From Kiritimatiellia bacterium (GTDB taxonomy: Bacteria; Verrucomicrobiota; Kiritimatiellia; RFP12; JAAYLN01): 41,380 nt of DNA. Location: the NCBI GenBank assembly GCA_017458965.1, contig JAFSZJ010000098.1:1-41380 (forward strand), in the 5' to 3' direction. Below, piece after piece: positions 9,430-19,343 of the stretch (the first letter of the stretch is position 1; the number at the start of each line of letters is the position of its first letter). The translations under genes and the position numbers were made by a program. The notes beneath the pieces were generated by a model that did not search any database, was not told the DNA's origin, and saw nothing but the letters and a program-made list of their open reading frames with translations.

Positions 9430-11298
9430 ATGGAAAAGAGACTCCCCCAGCTCCTCCCGCTTATGGTACCGGCGCTCCTCGCGTTGTCCGCCATTGCAGC
9501 CCCGGAAAACGGCACCACCAACGCAACTGGCCGCCTCGAAACCGCCTACAACGAGGACCAGGTCCGAATTACAAACACGGCCACCAATTCGGCGATGGGT
9601 GGCGTCTTCGAGGACCGCTCGGACCCGATAGCCAGCCAAGACGCCGTGCCAGGTGGACGCATCGTCTATGCGGGACCCTCGGAACCGAAAAGCCTGAACG
9701 CATACCTCGACAACAATGTTTTCTCTTACCAGGTCTTCGGATCACTCTACGAGACGCTTCTCGGCTCCGATCCCCTGACCGCCGACCACGCCCCCGGTCT
9801 CGCGGACAGATGGGAGGTGTCGGAGGACAAACTCTCGTTCACGTTCCACATTGATGAAAAGGCGCGATGGAGCGACGGGAAGCCGATTACGGCAGAAGAC
9901 GTCGTCTGGACTTTCAATGCCGTGATGGATCCCCAAAGCCAGACAGGTCCCGTGAAGGTGGCCCTTCGCACGTTCATGGCCACACCACCCGAGATAGTCG
10001 ATAGAAACACCGTACGCTTCACGGCGGACGAGGTTCATTGGCGAAACCTTGGCGCGGCAGGCGGCTTCGAGATATTGCCGAAGCACATCTTCGAGGGCAA
10101 GGACTTCAACAAGATCAACGACGATTTCCCGGTCGTGTCAGGTCCCTACAGGATCAAGGAGCGCAAGGAGGGCGTTTCGCTCACACTGTCGCGCAGAAAC
10201 GACTGGTGGGCGCGCTACCGCAAGTCCACCAAGGGGACGTTCAACTTCGGCACGGTCGTCTATCGCTTCTTCGCGGAGCAGGACAACGCCTTCACGGCTT
10301 TCATGGCCGGAGAGGTCGATGTCTTTCCCGTATATCGCGCCGCTATATGGACGGAGAAGACAAAGGGGCGGCGATTCGACTCGAACTGGATCGTGAAGCG
10401 CCGCATCCGCAACCGACACCCGGTCGGCTTCCAGGGGTTCGCGATGAACATGCGCCGCGAACCATTCAGCGACATACGCGTGCGCAAGGCACTCGCCCAT
10501 CTCCTTGACCGCAACCGCATGAACGAGACGCTCATGTCGGGGCAATACTTCCTACAGCGCTCGTACTACGACGGCATATATGATGCCGACAACCCCTGCG
10601 GGAACGTCCTGATCGAGTTCGATCCCGTCGAGGCCGGACATCTCCTGGATGAAGCCGGTTGGGTGGTCGATCCCGCGACCGGTTCACGCATGAAGGACGG
10701 CAAGCGCCTTTCCTTCACGTTCCTTACGCGTGACGAGAGCTCCGACAAGTTCCTGGCTCTCTACGGGGAGGATCTGCGGAAGGCCGGCATCGAGATGAAG
10801 ATCGAACGCAAGGACTGGGCGGCCTGGGCGCGGGACATGGACGATTTCCAATTCGACATGACATGGGCGGCATGGTCCGGCGGGCTTTACCCAGACCCTG
10901 AGGGCATGTGGTCCTCAAAGGAGGCCGACAAGACCGGCGGCAACAACATCACCGGCTTCAAGGATCCGATGGTCGATCAGCTGATCGACACGCAGCGCTC
11001 CATCTTCGACCTCTCCGAACGCAACGGCATCTGCCGGCGCATCGATGGAATACTGGCCGACAGGGTCCCGTACATCCTCCTTTGGAACATCGACAGCGTG
11101 AGGCTCCTCTACTGGGACAAGTTCGGCACCCCGCCCACTGTCCTCTCGAAGTTCGGCGACGAGCGTAGCCTGCTGGTGTACTGGTGGTACGACGCGGACA
11201 ACGACGCCGACCTGAAGGACGCCATACGCTCCGGCGAGAGTCTGCCGCCACGCCCCGACGTCATCGACTTCGACGAGGTCTTCACCACGGCAGACTAG
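9430..11298 (+). CDS. ABC transporter solute-binding protein family 5 (YejA-like)
   Basis: Signal peptide; motifs LYETLL, PGLADRWEVSED, ARWSDGKPITAEDV, PVVSGPY and FSDIRVRKAL. Confidence 0.9.
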   Translation: MEKRLPQLLPLMVPALLALSAIAAPENGTTNATGRLETAYNEDQVRITNTATNSAMGGVFEDRSDPIASQDAVPGGRIVYAGPSEPKSLNAYLDNNVFSYQVFGSLYETLLGSDPLTADHAPGLADRWEVSEDKLSFTFHIDEKARWSDGKPITAEDVVWTFNAVMDPQSQTGPVKVALRTFMATPPEIVDRNTVRFTADEVHWRNLGAAGGFEILPKHIFEGKDFNKINDDFPVVSGPYRIKERKEGVSLTLSRRNDWWARYRKSTKGTFNFGTVVYRFFAEQDNAFTAFMAGEVDVFPVYRAAIWTEKTKGRRFDSNWIVKRRIRNRHPVGFQGFAMNMRREPFSDIRVRKALAHLLDRNRMNETLMSGQYFLQRSYYDGIYDADNPCGNVLIEFDPVEAGHLLDEAGWVVDPATGSRMKDGKRLSFTFLTRDESSDKFLALYGEDLRKAGIEMKIERKDWAAWARDMDDFQFDMTWAAWSGGLYPDPEGMWSSKEADKTGGNNITGFKDPMVDQLIDTQRSIFDLSERNGICRRIDGILADRVPYILLWNIDSVRLLYWDKFGTPPTVLSKFGDERSLLVYWWYDADNDADLKDAIRSGESLPPRPDVIDFDEVFTTAD

Positions 11299-11301
11299 CG
11301 G

Positions 11302-12348
11302 ATGTCGCGGACGGCATACATCCTGCGGCGGCTCCTTCTCGCCATACCGACCTTCCTAGGCATCACTCTCGTTTGCTTCGCGCTCACAAGGGTTCTCCCA
11401 GGCGGTCCCGTGGAGATGAGGCTCGCCCGACTACGGGGAATGGGCGCCGGGCCAGGCGGCGCCTCGGCTACGGCGGTCGCGACCGTGACGGAGGCTCAAC
11501 GCGCCGAACTGACAAGGCAGTTCGGGTTCGACAGGCCATTCGCCGTGCAGTACGCAAAATGGCTTTTCAAGGACGCCATGGGTCTGAAAATGGCCTCGTA
11601 CGACTATCCAGACAGGACGGCAGGAGAGCTGATCGTCTCACGCTTCCCTGTTTCACTTGTATTCGGATTGACCGGCTTCATCCTGGCCTACGCCATCTGC
11701 ATACCGCTCGGCATGGCCAAGGCGCTTCGTAACGGATCGCATTTCGACGCCGCGACATCGGTCCTCGTCTTCATAGGCTACGCCTTGCCGGCTTTCGCGC
11801 TCGGGATGCTTCTCAAGATGGGGTTCTGCGGCACCGTCGACGGCATGCCCGCGCTCTTCCCGCTGGGTGGCTTCGAATCGCAGGACGCCGAGGTGCTTGA
11901 CTTCTGGCATCGCACAGCCGACAGGGCATGGCACATGGTGCTGCCAGTGGTGTGCTATGTCGCCGGGTCCTTCGCCATGCTCACGCTGATGATGAAGAAC
12001 TCCCTCCTTGAGCAGATTTCGGCGGACTATGTGCGAACAGTCATGGCAAAGGGGGCATCGCCGTCACGCGCCCTCTGGCACCATGCGCTCCGCAACGCGC
12101 TCATACCAATCGCCACCGGCTTCGGCTCCATACTTTCCCTCCTTTTCGCCGGGTCGGTGATCATCGAACGCATCTTCGAGATACCCGGCATGGGCCGTCT
12201 GAGCCTCGACGCCATAACCGGGCGCGACTACGCCGTCTTCATGGCCATACTGGCGCTAACTTCAACGCTCCAGCTGCTTGGCAACCTCCTCTCGGACATC
12301 TGCTACATGCTGATAGACCCGAGGATCACGTTCTCATCGGGAAGGTAG
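11302..12348 (+). CDS. Peptide ABC transporter permease (YejB/OppB-like)
   Basis: YILRRLLLAIPT, PGGPVE, DYVRTVMAKG...HALRNAL and IDPRI. Confidence 0.92.
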   Translation: MSRTAYILRRLLLAIPTFLGITLVCFALTRVLPGGPVEMRLARLRGMGAGPGGASATAVATVTEAQRAELTRQFGFDRPFAVQYAKWLFKDAMGLKMASYDYPDRTAGELIVSRFPVSLVFGLTGFILAYAICIPLGMAKALRNGSHFDAATSVLVFIGYALPAFALGMLLKMGFCGTVDGMPALFPLGGFESQDAEVLDFWHRTADRAWHMVLPVVCYVAGSFAMLTLMMKNSLLEQISADYVRTVMAKGASPSRALWHHALRNALIPIATGFGSILSLLFAGSVIIERIFEIPGMGRLSLDAITGRDYAVFMAILALTSTLQLLGNLLSDICYMLIDPRITFSSGR

Positions 12349-12352
12349 GCCG

Positions 12353-13909
12353 ATGGCTGGAAGGAACACAAAAGGTGCGCGAAGGTCCGGACTGGGCAGG
12401 CTGGCAACGGTCTCGCTCGTCCTTCTCTGCGCACTCTACGCCGCCAGCCTCGTCTCCGAACTCATCTGTAACTCCAAGCCGCTGATCGTCCGAGCCAACG
12501 GACATGTGGCAATGCCGTTCCTGGCGCATGTCACCGAAGACGACTTGTTCGGAAACGGCGTCCCGAGGGAACCCGACTGGTCTGAAGTCGCCGCAACCGG
12601 ATCCGTCCACGCCATCTTCGCCCCATTACGCCATGGCCCATCGGACATCATCGACGCCGCATCGCTGGCAGGCTTCCGCCGCATACGCGCTACCATACGA
12701 CCAAAGGTCGCCTCTGGCAGGATCGATGTCCGTCCCGACATGACGGTTTCACGTTGTGAGGGTGTCGAAGCCTTCTTCCAGCGCGTTCCTGACGCAGACG
12801 AACGGATTGACGCCCTTTTCGATCATCCTGTTGGTCTTGCGGATGCCATCTCATCGCGTTTCTCCGACAGTCCGTCTGCTGCAGCGACGTTCAGGATCGG
12901 GACGCCTGGAGTGCCCGATGCTGAGATATCCCTGGCCGAATACGAGCCTAGAGGCGCCACGCCGCGTACCGTGCGGCTGCGACTCCGCTCAGGCGAAGGC
13001 GCAGCACGGACGGCCTCGATAGTCTTCGATGTCAAGGACGGAGTCCCCTACCCCATCCGCTCCTCCCGCTCCGCATTCGAACACCTTGACGAGGAGACGC
13101 GCAACACCATCCTCGCCGCCCTCTCCTCCACTCCTCCACTTTCCACTCTCCACTCTCCACTTTCCACTCCCAACTCCTCCACTCTCGAACTTTCATACGA
13201 AAGCGTGACTTGGCCATTCCGTCCGGTCCCAGGTCACCCGATGGGGATAGACGCCGCCGGACGCGATGTCTTTGCAAGGCTTCTGCACGGCACACGGACG
13301 GCGCTGACCTTCGGTATGCTCCTTGTCGCATGGGCCGTGCTGATAGGCGTGATAGCCGGCGCGATGCAAGGCTACTTCGGGGGATGGGTCGATCTCGCCG
13401 GACAGCGTTTCATCGAGATCTGGAGCGCCTTGCCGTTCCTCTATGTGATGATCCTCGTCGGTTCGGTGCTGGGGCGCAGCTTCCTGCTGCTCCTCCTTTG
13501 CTATGGCCTCTTCAACTGGATCGGCGTCTCCTACTACGCCCGGGCCGAGTTCCTTCGGCTTCGCGGACGGCCATTCGTCGATGCCGCCAGATGCCAAGGG
13601 CTTTCCACATGGCGGATCATAATGCGCCACATACTGCCGAACGCTCTGACACCTGTCATCACGCTTCTACCGTTCAACCTCGTCGGGGCGATAGCATCGA
13701 TTTCGGCGCTCGATTTCCTTGGCTTCGGTCTTCCGCCGCTGACGCCAAGCTGGGGCGAGCTGCTCCAGCAGGCGCAGCAGGACACCTCAGCCTGGTGGCT
13801 GATCCTCTACCCGTCGCTATTCCTCTTCATGACGATGCTGTTGTCGGTCTTCGTGGGCGAAGGACTCCGTGATGCCCTCGACCCGCGCCCTGACAGCCGC
13901 TATGAATGA
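12353..13909 (+). CDS. Peptide ABC transporter permease (YejE/OppC-like) with large extracytoplasmic insertion
   Basis: HPMGIDAAGRDVFARLLHG, EAA-like FVDAARCQG, RHILPNAL, PSWGELL and GEGLRDALDPR. Confidence 0.9.
   Translation: MAGRNTKGARRSGLGRLATVSLVLLCALYAASLVSELICNSKPLIVRANGHVAMPFLAHVTEDDLFGNGVPREPDWSEVAATGSVHAIFAPLRHGPSDIIDAASLAGFRRIRATIRPKVASGRIDVRPDMTVSRCEGVEAFFQRVPDADERIDALFDHPVGLADAISSRFSDSPSAAATFRIGTPGVPDAEISLAEYEPRGATPRTVRLRLRSGEGAARTASIVFDVKDGVPYPIRSSRSAFEHLDEETRNTILAALSSTPPLSTLHSPLSTPNSSTLELSYESVTWPFRPVPGHPMGIDAAGRDVFARLLHGTRTALTFGMLLVAWAVLIGVIAGAMQGYFGGWVDLAGQRFIEIWSALPFLYVMILVGSVLGRSFLLLLLCYGLFNWIGVSYYARAEFLRLRGRPFVDAARCQGLSTWRIIMRHILPNALTPVITLLPFNLVGAIASISALDFLGFGLPPLTPSWGELLQQAQQDTSAWWLILYPSLFLFMTMLLSVFVGEGLRDALDPRPDSRYE
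13121..13190. repeat. Heptamer array (CTCTCCA/CTTTCCA) in-frame inside the permease
   Basis: Encodes [22 protein letters not shown]. Confidence 0.85.
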
Positions 13910-13919
13910 GGGATATCCC

Positions 13920-15014
13920 TTAGACGTACCGTGAGCCACCTTCGCCAGAGGCTATCTGCCTGACGAGGCGCTTCAGGTCCTGCGCCTTGGATTTTGGGCA
14001 GACGAGAGTCGCGTACGGCGTCTGGACAACCACCATGTCCTCGCATCCGAGGAGTGCCAGCATGCGACCTTCGGCCGTGTTCACGACGATGCTTTCACGC
14101 GAGTCCATGGCCGCGACCTCACCAAGCGTCACGTTGCCGTCTCCGTCCGCCGGCATGTGCGCGACGATGGATGGCCACGAGCCGACATCGTCCCACCCGA
14201 ACTCGCCTTCGGCCATGATGATGTTCCGGCACTTCTCCATGACTGCGTAGTCGAGCGATATCCGCTCAAGACCCGGATAGATGGCGGCAAGTCTTGCGGC
14301 CAGGTCGTCAGTCGAAGACGCGGAGGAGGCGGATTCGATGAGTGGAAGCAACTGCGGAGCGTGTGCGGCGAAAGCCTTCCCCATCGTCGCGACGCTCCAG
14401 ATGAACATCCCGGCGTTCCAGCGGAAGCGCCCTGACTCTACATACGAGCGTGCAGTTGCCTCGTCCGGCTTCTCAACGAACCTCAGCGCCTTGCGCATGC
14501 TTGTCGAGAGCCCGAAGCCGCAATCCTCAGCGCCTTCGATATAACCGAATCCGGTCGCAGGATAGCTCGGGACAACACCGATGGTGACGATCGCGTCGGC
14601 TCTTGCCGCGACGGTGAACGAATCCGCCAGGATGCGGCGGAAGGCGGCGACATCGGCCATCAGCTGGTCGGCCGTCAGTATGGCGGCCACGCCATCAGGG
14701 TCGCGCGCCTTGACGAGACCCAGCGCGAGCGCGCAAGCCGCTGCTGTGTCACGACGCATCGGCTCCCCGATGATGTTTTCCGGCGGGACGGACGGACACG
14801 CCTCGCGCGATGGGGCGACTAGCGCATCGGCCGTGATGATCAGGATGCGATCCGGATCGACAAGACCGTCAAGCCTGTCAACCGCATGACGGATAAGCGG
14901 CTTGCCTCCGAAGATCGAGACGAACTGCTTGGGACGGCTAGATGTGCTCAATGGCCAGAAGCGTTCGCCGCTTCCCCCGGCCATGATTACTGCGAAATTA
15001 TGTGAAGTGGACAT
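13920..15014 (-). CDS. manC: Mannose-1-phosphate guanylyltransferase (ManC-type, no PMI domain)
   Basis: VIMAGGSGERFWPLS, PKQF, EPMRRDTA, RFVEKPD, WNAGMF, ISLDYAVME and WDDVGSW. Start at ATG 15014; the longer ORF is repeat-derived. Confidence 0.9.
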   Translation of the reverse strand: MSTSHNFAVIMAGGSGERFWPLSTSSRPKQFVSIFGGKPLIRHAVDRLDGLVDPDRILIITADALVAPSREACPSVPPENIIGEPMRRDTAAACALALGLVKARDPDGVAAILTADQLMADVAAFRRILADSFTVAARADAIVTIGVVPSYPATGFGYIEGAEDCGFGLSTSMRKALRFVEKPDEATARSYVESGRFRWNAGMFIWSVATMGKAFAAHAPQLLPLIESASSASSTDDLAARLAAIYPGLERISLDYAVMEKCRNIIMAEGEFGWDDVGSWPSIVAHMPADGDGNVTLGEVAAMDSRESIVVNTAEGRMLALLGCEDMVVVQTPYATLVCPKSKAQDLKRLVRQIASGEGGSRYV

Positions 15015-15115
15015 TGGAAGTTGAAAGATGAAAGATGAGAGATGAAAGATGAGAGTGGAGAGTGGAAAGTGGAGAGTGGAAAATGGAAAGTGTGAAGATG
15101 AGAGTGGAGAGAAGT
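15015..15115. repeat. Heptamer array GA(A/G)AGAT then GA(A/G)AGTG (~14 units)
   Basis: Abuts the manC ATG. The sense strand reads CTCTCCA/CTTTCCA units, then CTCTCAT/CTTTCAT units. Confidence 0.9.
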
Positions 15116-15222
15116 TGACCTTGCAGACTTTCAATACATTCTAGACATTCCTAGACTTTTGGACCTTCTAGACATTCCTAGACCTTCTTAGACTTTCTAG
15201 ACCGTCCTGGACCTTCCTAGAC
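15116..15222. repeat. 9-10 nt periodic array, core (CT)AGAC
   Basis: ctagacattc ctagacttt tggaccttc tagacattc ctagaccttc ttagactttc tagaccgtc ctggaccttc ctagac; contains the phosphoesterase stop. Confidence 0.85.
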
Positions 15223-16317
15223 TAGCGGCATTTCATCATCAGGGGCGAAAAAGCCACCGTCGCTATCGGCGTAGCGTACGCGGACAGCGTCCTTTGAGAG
15301 CGTTATCGCACCTGACACATGGTACTGGTCCCTAACATATGATGAGCAGACAGCTACGCCAGGCTGGAGACCGTAGGAGTCATGCGCCCCACCTGGCGCC
15401 TCGGTGTAGCATTCATGAAGGTGCCCGGAGAGCATAAGCGTGGGCTTCATCCTGCCGACGAGACGGCACCAGCGCTTGTAGCGCTTGATCTCTATCTGGA
15501 ACTGCTTGTCAGGGATGAGGTAGTTGAAGGGCATGTGGCTGACGACAAGCCGCACCGGATATCTTTTGTACGCCTTCCTCGAGACCACCCGACGGATGAA
15601 AGCCTCCTCCTCCTCGCGGAACACCTCGCAGCATACGGTATGGCCGTACTCGTTGCATTCATCCACCTTGTCCTCGCCACAGTCTATGACGATGCCCCAG
15701 ACCGGACCGAGATGGAATGTGAAGTAGCTCTCACCGGCCCGCGTCGTGGGCGTGTAGTCGGCCAGCATGTCGGCGCCCACGCCGCGCAGATCATGGTTAC
15801 CGCGCGAGAACACGCATGGGATACGTCCCTTTGTGATAGGCCCGCTTATGAGGTATATGGCCTTGAACATGTCCACGGACTCGCTGCACTCGGGGACATC
15901 GCCGTTCATGATGAGGAAGTCGAGGTCGTCGCCGAAGAACGAACCGCTCCGCGCCGCCGCCTCGTGGCGGCTGTGGGAGTCGGCAAGGTTCACGAATTTG
16001 TATTCGGCCTTCTCGGCGACGGGTCTGAATTCAAACACCCTCTCCTCGATCCCCCCGCATTCCGAGAAGTATGCCTTGCGCTCGATTATCCTGCGCAGGC
16101 AGACCTTGTAGGAACGCGCCTCATCCAGCGCCACCATAGGTACGCGGGCGATGTGCAAGTACTTCGCGGAACGGAGGATGCCGTTCGAATGATCGAAGTA
16201 GGACTTGCCTCCGACCTCCACCCACATGGTGCATTCCGCATCGACCGGAACGCAAACCAGATACTCGTCCTCCACCGCGTACACGGATGGATATGTCATC
16301 ATCAGGCTGTCTTCCAT
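15217..16317 (-). CDS. Metallophosphoesterase (calcineurin-like/purple acid phosphatase-like)
   Basis: Motifs LADSH, MNGD, RGNHD, VSHMP and SGHLH. Start is ATG 16317 (7 nt after TGCTAGAAT) or ATG 16302. Confidence 0.85.
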   Translation of the reverse strand: MEDSLMMTYPSVYAVEDEYLVCVPVDAECTMWVEVGGKSYFDHSNGILRSAKYLHIARVPMVALDEARSYKVCLRRIIERKAYFSECGGIEERVFEFRPVAEKAEYKFVNLADSHSRHEAAARSGSFFGDDLDFLIMNGDVPECSESVDMFKAIYLISGPITKGRIPCVFSRGNHDLRGVGADMLADYTPTTRAGESYFTFHLGPVWGIVIDCGEDKVDECNEYGHTVCCEVFREEEEAFIRRVVSRKAYKRYPVRLVVSHMPFNYLIPDKQFQIEIKRYKRWCRLVGRMKPTLMLSGHLHECYTEAPGGAHDSYGLQPGVAVCSSYVRDQYHVSGAITLSKDAVRVRYADSDGGFFAPDDEMPLV

Positions 16318-18053
16318 GCGGAGGATTCTAGCACAGCGAAGGCGATAAGCAGGATTGCGCAAGGTATGCCGAGAAGCCAGTCGCCAAACCGTGTGTAGAT
16401 GGTGCGGCGCGGAACAATGGCCAGATCCCCGACGGCAAAGCCGGCGCCGGATCCGTCGCCACCGATCCGGCGGACGATTCTGCCATGGCCATCGATCAAA
16501 GCCGACACGCCACGGTTCGTTGCACGCATCATCGGCCTCCCATTCTCCACGCACCTCAACACGGCCTGCGCGAGATGCTGCTCCCCTTCTGCCGAGCCTG
16601 CGAACCAGGCGTCGTTGGCCAGCAATGCGAGAACATCCGCCCCGTTGCGGACGGAGTCGCGCGCAAGCGACGGGAAGGCGTCCTCGAAGCATATGAGCGA
16701 GCCGATCCTGAACTCGCCCCTGGGCGTGTGGATGGTGCAGACCGCCGCCGCGTCGCCGGGCTCGCAGCTGAAACCGGCAGGCGCAAGCCGCTTGAGGAAC
16801 CGGAGTTTCGATTCCAGCGGAATGAACTCCCCGAATGGGACAAGATGCCTCTTGCGGTAGGTGGCCATGATCCCCTTTGGACCGAAGAGGAACGCGGAAT
16901 TGTAGATCAGGTGCGGGTTCGGGACATCGTCATCCGGCGCGCCTCCATATTTAAGTTCAACACCGCCAGCCAGAAGCGCGGCACCGTCGAGGGCCGAAAC
17001 TGCGCCACGGACGAGGTCCGCGGCATCACGGTCATAGGGAATATATCCAGGGAGGATCGTTTCAGGCCAAACGCAGATGTCTGGCGACGCCATGGCGGCG
17101 AGTTCGGCGTGCGACAAAAGAGTCTCCGAAGTCGTATCCAACGCCTCCTCATCCTTCTCGAAGATGCTTGGCATGTCTGCGCAGACAACGGCCGCCCGCA
17201 AACGGGGGGATTCGATTTCAACGCGGCGCGACTCGCCGATCGCATCCAGTCCACGCATCCAGCAGGCCACAGTCACGCAAAGTGCGATGAATAGCTCAAG
17301 AGAGCGGACAGGCCATTTGAAGATGCGGGGAACGGGGAGGCGGGGAGATGAAAGATGAAAGTGGAAAGTGGAAAGTGGAGAGTGAAAAGTGGGAAGTGGA
17401 GAGTGGGGAGTGGAAAGTGGAGAGTGGAGGGTGGAGAGGAGACGGGAGATAGTTGAGGCGATGGAGGAGTTTATCGCTACGAGAAGTAAGGAGACCGCAC
17501 CGGCGCCAACCCAGGATGCAGGGTGGAGGAATGCGGGATTGCCGTATTGCGTCGCGGCGAGAGGGTTCCATGGGAAGCCGGTGAGAACGACGCCCCGCAG
17601 GTATTCAGATCCCACCCAGAATACTGGTTCGGCAATGAGGACCAGAAGGATGGGGATGATGGTCCAGGGGCGCTTCATGGCAAGCCGCCATGAAGCCGCA
17701 ACCGCGAATGCGAAAAGAGCCTGGAAAAGCGAGAGGAAAAGGGAAAGCGCCACATGGCCGAGGCCGACAAGCGCCACTGGTCCGCCATTGTCTTTGAGGC
17801 TCCATAGCCACGACAGGTCGATCAGCCAGAAGACGCATCCGAAAACGAACCCCAGAAACGCTGCCCTGCGCGGCGGCGCGGCGCGCACCGCAAGCAGCAT
17901 CGGCACGATGGCCACGAACGCCAGATCGCCATGCCCGAATGGCGGGAACGCCATAGCGAGCAAAACTGCCGACAAGACGGATAGGATGACGGACAGCACC
18001 TGGTTTCGCCCTATGCGTTGCGGAGGGCGTCGGCGCGGTCGGTTCGCTCCCAT
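16302..18053 (-). CDS. lnt: Apolipoprotein N-acyltransferase
   Basis: TM N-terminus and GFPWNPL; catalytic triad motifs [15 protein letters not shown] and ICFED; ANDAWF and RATNRG. Confidence 0.95.
   Translation of the reverse strand: MGANRPRRRPPQRIGRNQVLSVILSVLSAVLLAMAFPPFGHGDLAFVAIVPMLLAVRAAPPRRAAFLGFVFGCVFWLIDLSWLWSLKDNGGPVALVGLGHVALSLFLSLFQALFAFAVAASWRLAMKRPWTIIPILLVLIAEPVFWVGSEYLRGVVLTGFPWNPLAATQYGNPAFLHPASWVGAGAVSLLLVAINSSIASTISRLLSTLHSPLSTPHSPLPTFHSPLSTFHFHLSSPRLPVPRIFKWPVRSLELFIALCVTVACWMRGLDAIGESRRVEIESPRLRAAVVCADMPSIFEKDEEALDTTSETLLSHAELAAMASPDICVWPETILPGYIPYDRDAADLVRGAVSALDGAALLAGGVELKYGGAPDDDVPNPHLIYNSAFLFGPKGIMATYRKRHLVPFGEFIPLESKLRFLKRLAPAGFSCEPGDAAAVCTIHTPRGEFRIGSLICFEDAFPSLARDSVRNGADVLALLANDAWFAGSAEGEQHLAQAVLRCVENGRPMMRATNRGVSALIDGHGRIVRRIGGDGSGAGFAVGDLAIVPRRTIYTRFGDWLLGIPCAILLIAFAVLESSAWKTA
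16325..16333 (-). promoter_or_regulatory. Putative internal extended -10 (TGCTAGAAT) within lnt 3' end
   Basis: TGCTAGAAT-cctccgc-ATG, in frame with the phosphoesterase. Confidence 0.5.
17345..17437. repeat. Heptamer array (~13 units) in-frame inside lnt
   Basis: Encodes [31 protein letters not shown] between hydrophobic segments. Confidence 0.92.
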
Positions 18054-19189
18054 GGGAAACCGTCGCGGCCGAAATGACCATAAGTGGCCGTCTCGCGGTA
18101 GGACCAGCCCTGCGGCCTCATAAGACCTAGGTCACGCACGAGCATGCCTGGGCGGAAGTCGAATATGCGGCCGGACATGAGAATGTCCGCAAGGCGGTCC
18201 TCGGGGATGGAACCGGTGCCTAATGTCTGCACAGTGACGTTTATGCTCGTTGGTTCGGAGATTCCGATCGCGTAGGAGACCTGTATCTGGCACTTGTCAG
18301 CGAGACCAGCCGCCACGATGTTCTTGGCCGCGTAGCGGGCGTAGTAGGCGGCGGACCTATCGACCTTTGACGGGTCCTTGCCGGAGAACGCACCTCCACC
18401 ATGGGCAGCCATGCCGCCGTAGGTATCGACAATGATCTTGCGTCCGGTGACACCGGCATCGCCGTTCGGACCGCCGATGACGAACTTGCCGGTGGGGTTG
18501 ATGAGAAAGCGCGTGTCATCCGTGACAAGGCCCGTGGACGCCAGTTCCCCCCTGGCCACCTCTTCAAGGTCCTGCCTGATGCGCACGATATCGATGTCTT
18601 CGGTCTGATGGGAAAGGACGACTGTGGTTATTGCCGCCGGACGGCCACCATCGTACCGGATGCTCACCTGCGCCTTGGCATCAGGCCGCAGATACGGAAT
18701 CTCGCCGTTATGCCGGAGGGTGGCGCAGCGCCGCATCAGGCGGTGCGAAAAGACCAGGGCCGCAGGCATCATCTCAGGCGTCTCGTTCGTCGCGTATCCG
18801 AACATCATGCCCTGATCACCTGCCCCCTGTTCCTCCGGGCATCCGCGTTCAACTCCCATGTTGATGTCCGGTGACTGGCCATGCAGTGCGTTGATGTAGC
18901 GGAAGTCGTCGCTGGAGAACTCCTCGCCGGGGCGATCATAGCCTATGTCGCGGACAACACCTCTGGCTATCGCCTCCGTATCCACGCCATCCCACCCGGA
19001 GCAGGTGACCTCGCCTATGTTGACAACGAGATTAGGGCCAACAGCGGTCTCACACGCGACATGCGCATTCGGATCCTTGGCGATGCAGGCGTCGAGAATG
19101 GCGTCCGAAATCTGGTCGGCAACCTTGTCGGGATGGCCCTCGGACACTGATTCAGATGTGAAGATGTAGCGCGATGGGAAAGTGTTCAT
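18011..19189 (-). CDS. metK: S-adenosylmethionine synthetase
   Basis: [30 protein letters not shown] and [16 protein letters not shown]. Confidence 0.98.
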   Translation of the reverse strand: MNTFPSRYIFTSESVSEGHPDKVADQISDAILDACIAKDPNAHVACETAVGPNLVVNIGEVTCSGWDGVDTEAIARGVVRDIGYDRPGEEFSSDDFRYINALHGQSPDINMGVERGCPEEQGAGDQGMMFGYATNETPEMMPAALVFSHRLMRRCATLRHNGEIPYLRPDAKAQVSIRYDGGRPAAITTVVLSHQTEDIDIVRIRQDLEEVARGELASTGLVTDDTRFLINPTGKFVIGGPNGDAGVTGRKIIVDTYGGMAAHGGGAFSGKDPSKVDRSAAYYARYAAKNIVAAGLADKCQIQVSYAIGISEPTSINVTVQTLGTGSIPEDRLADILMSGRIFDFRPGMLVRDLGLMRPQGWSYRETATYGHFGRDGFPWERTDRADALRNA

Positions 19190-19343
19190 GGGAGATGAGA
19201 GATGAGAGATGAAAGATTAGAGATGAGAGAGAAAAGATGAGAGATGAAAGTGGAGAGTGGAAAGTGGAGAGTGGAAAGTGGAAAGTGGAGAATGGAGAGT
19301 GGAGGAGTTGGGAGTGGAGGAGTGGAAAGTGAGGAGTTGAGAG
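19190..19343. repeat. Heptamer/octamer array filling the entire trmH-metK intergenic region (~21 units)
   Basis: 154 nt from TAA to ATG made of GAGAGAT/GAAAGAT, GAAAGTG/GAGAGTG and GAGGAGTG-type units. Confidence 0.95.

Noticed and set aside
15015-15134. N-terminal extensions of manC (also deacetylase 32490-32573 and HPr 38570-38632)
   Set aside because: Stop-free repeat read-through; family similarity begins at downstream ATGs.
19190-19343. SAM riboswitch upstream of metK
   Set aside because: The region is entirely low-complexity repeat with no pairing potential.
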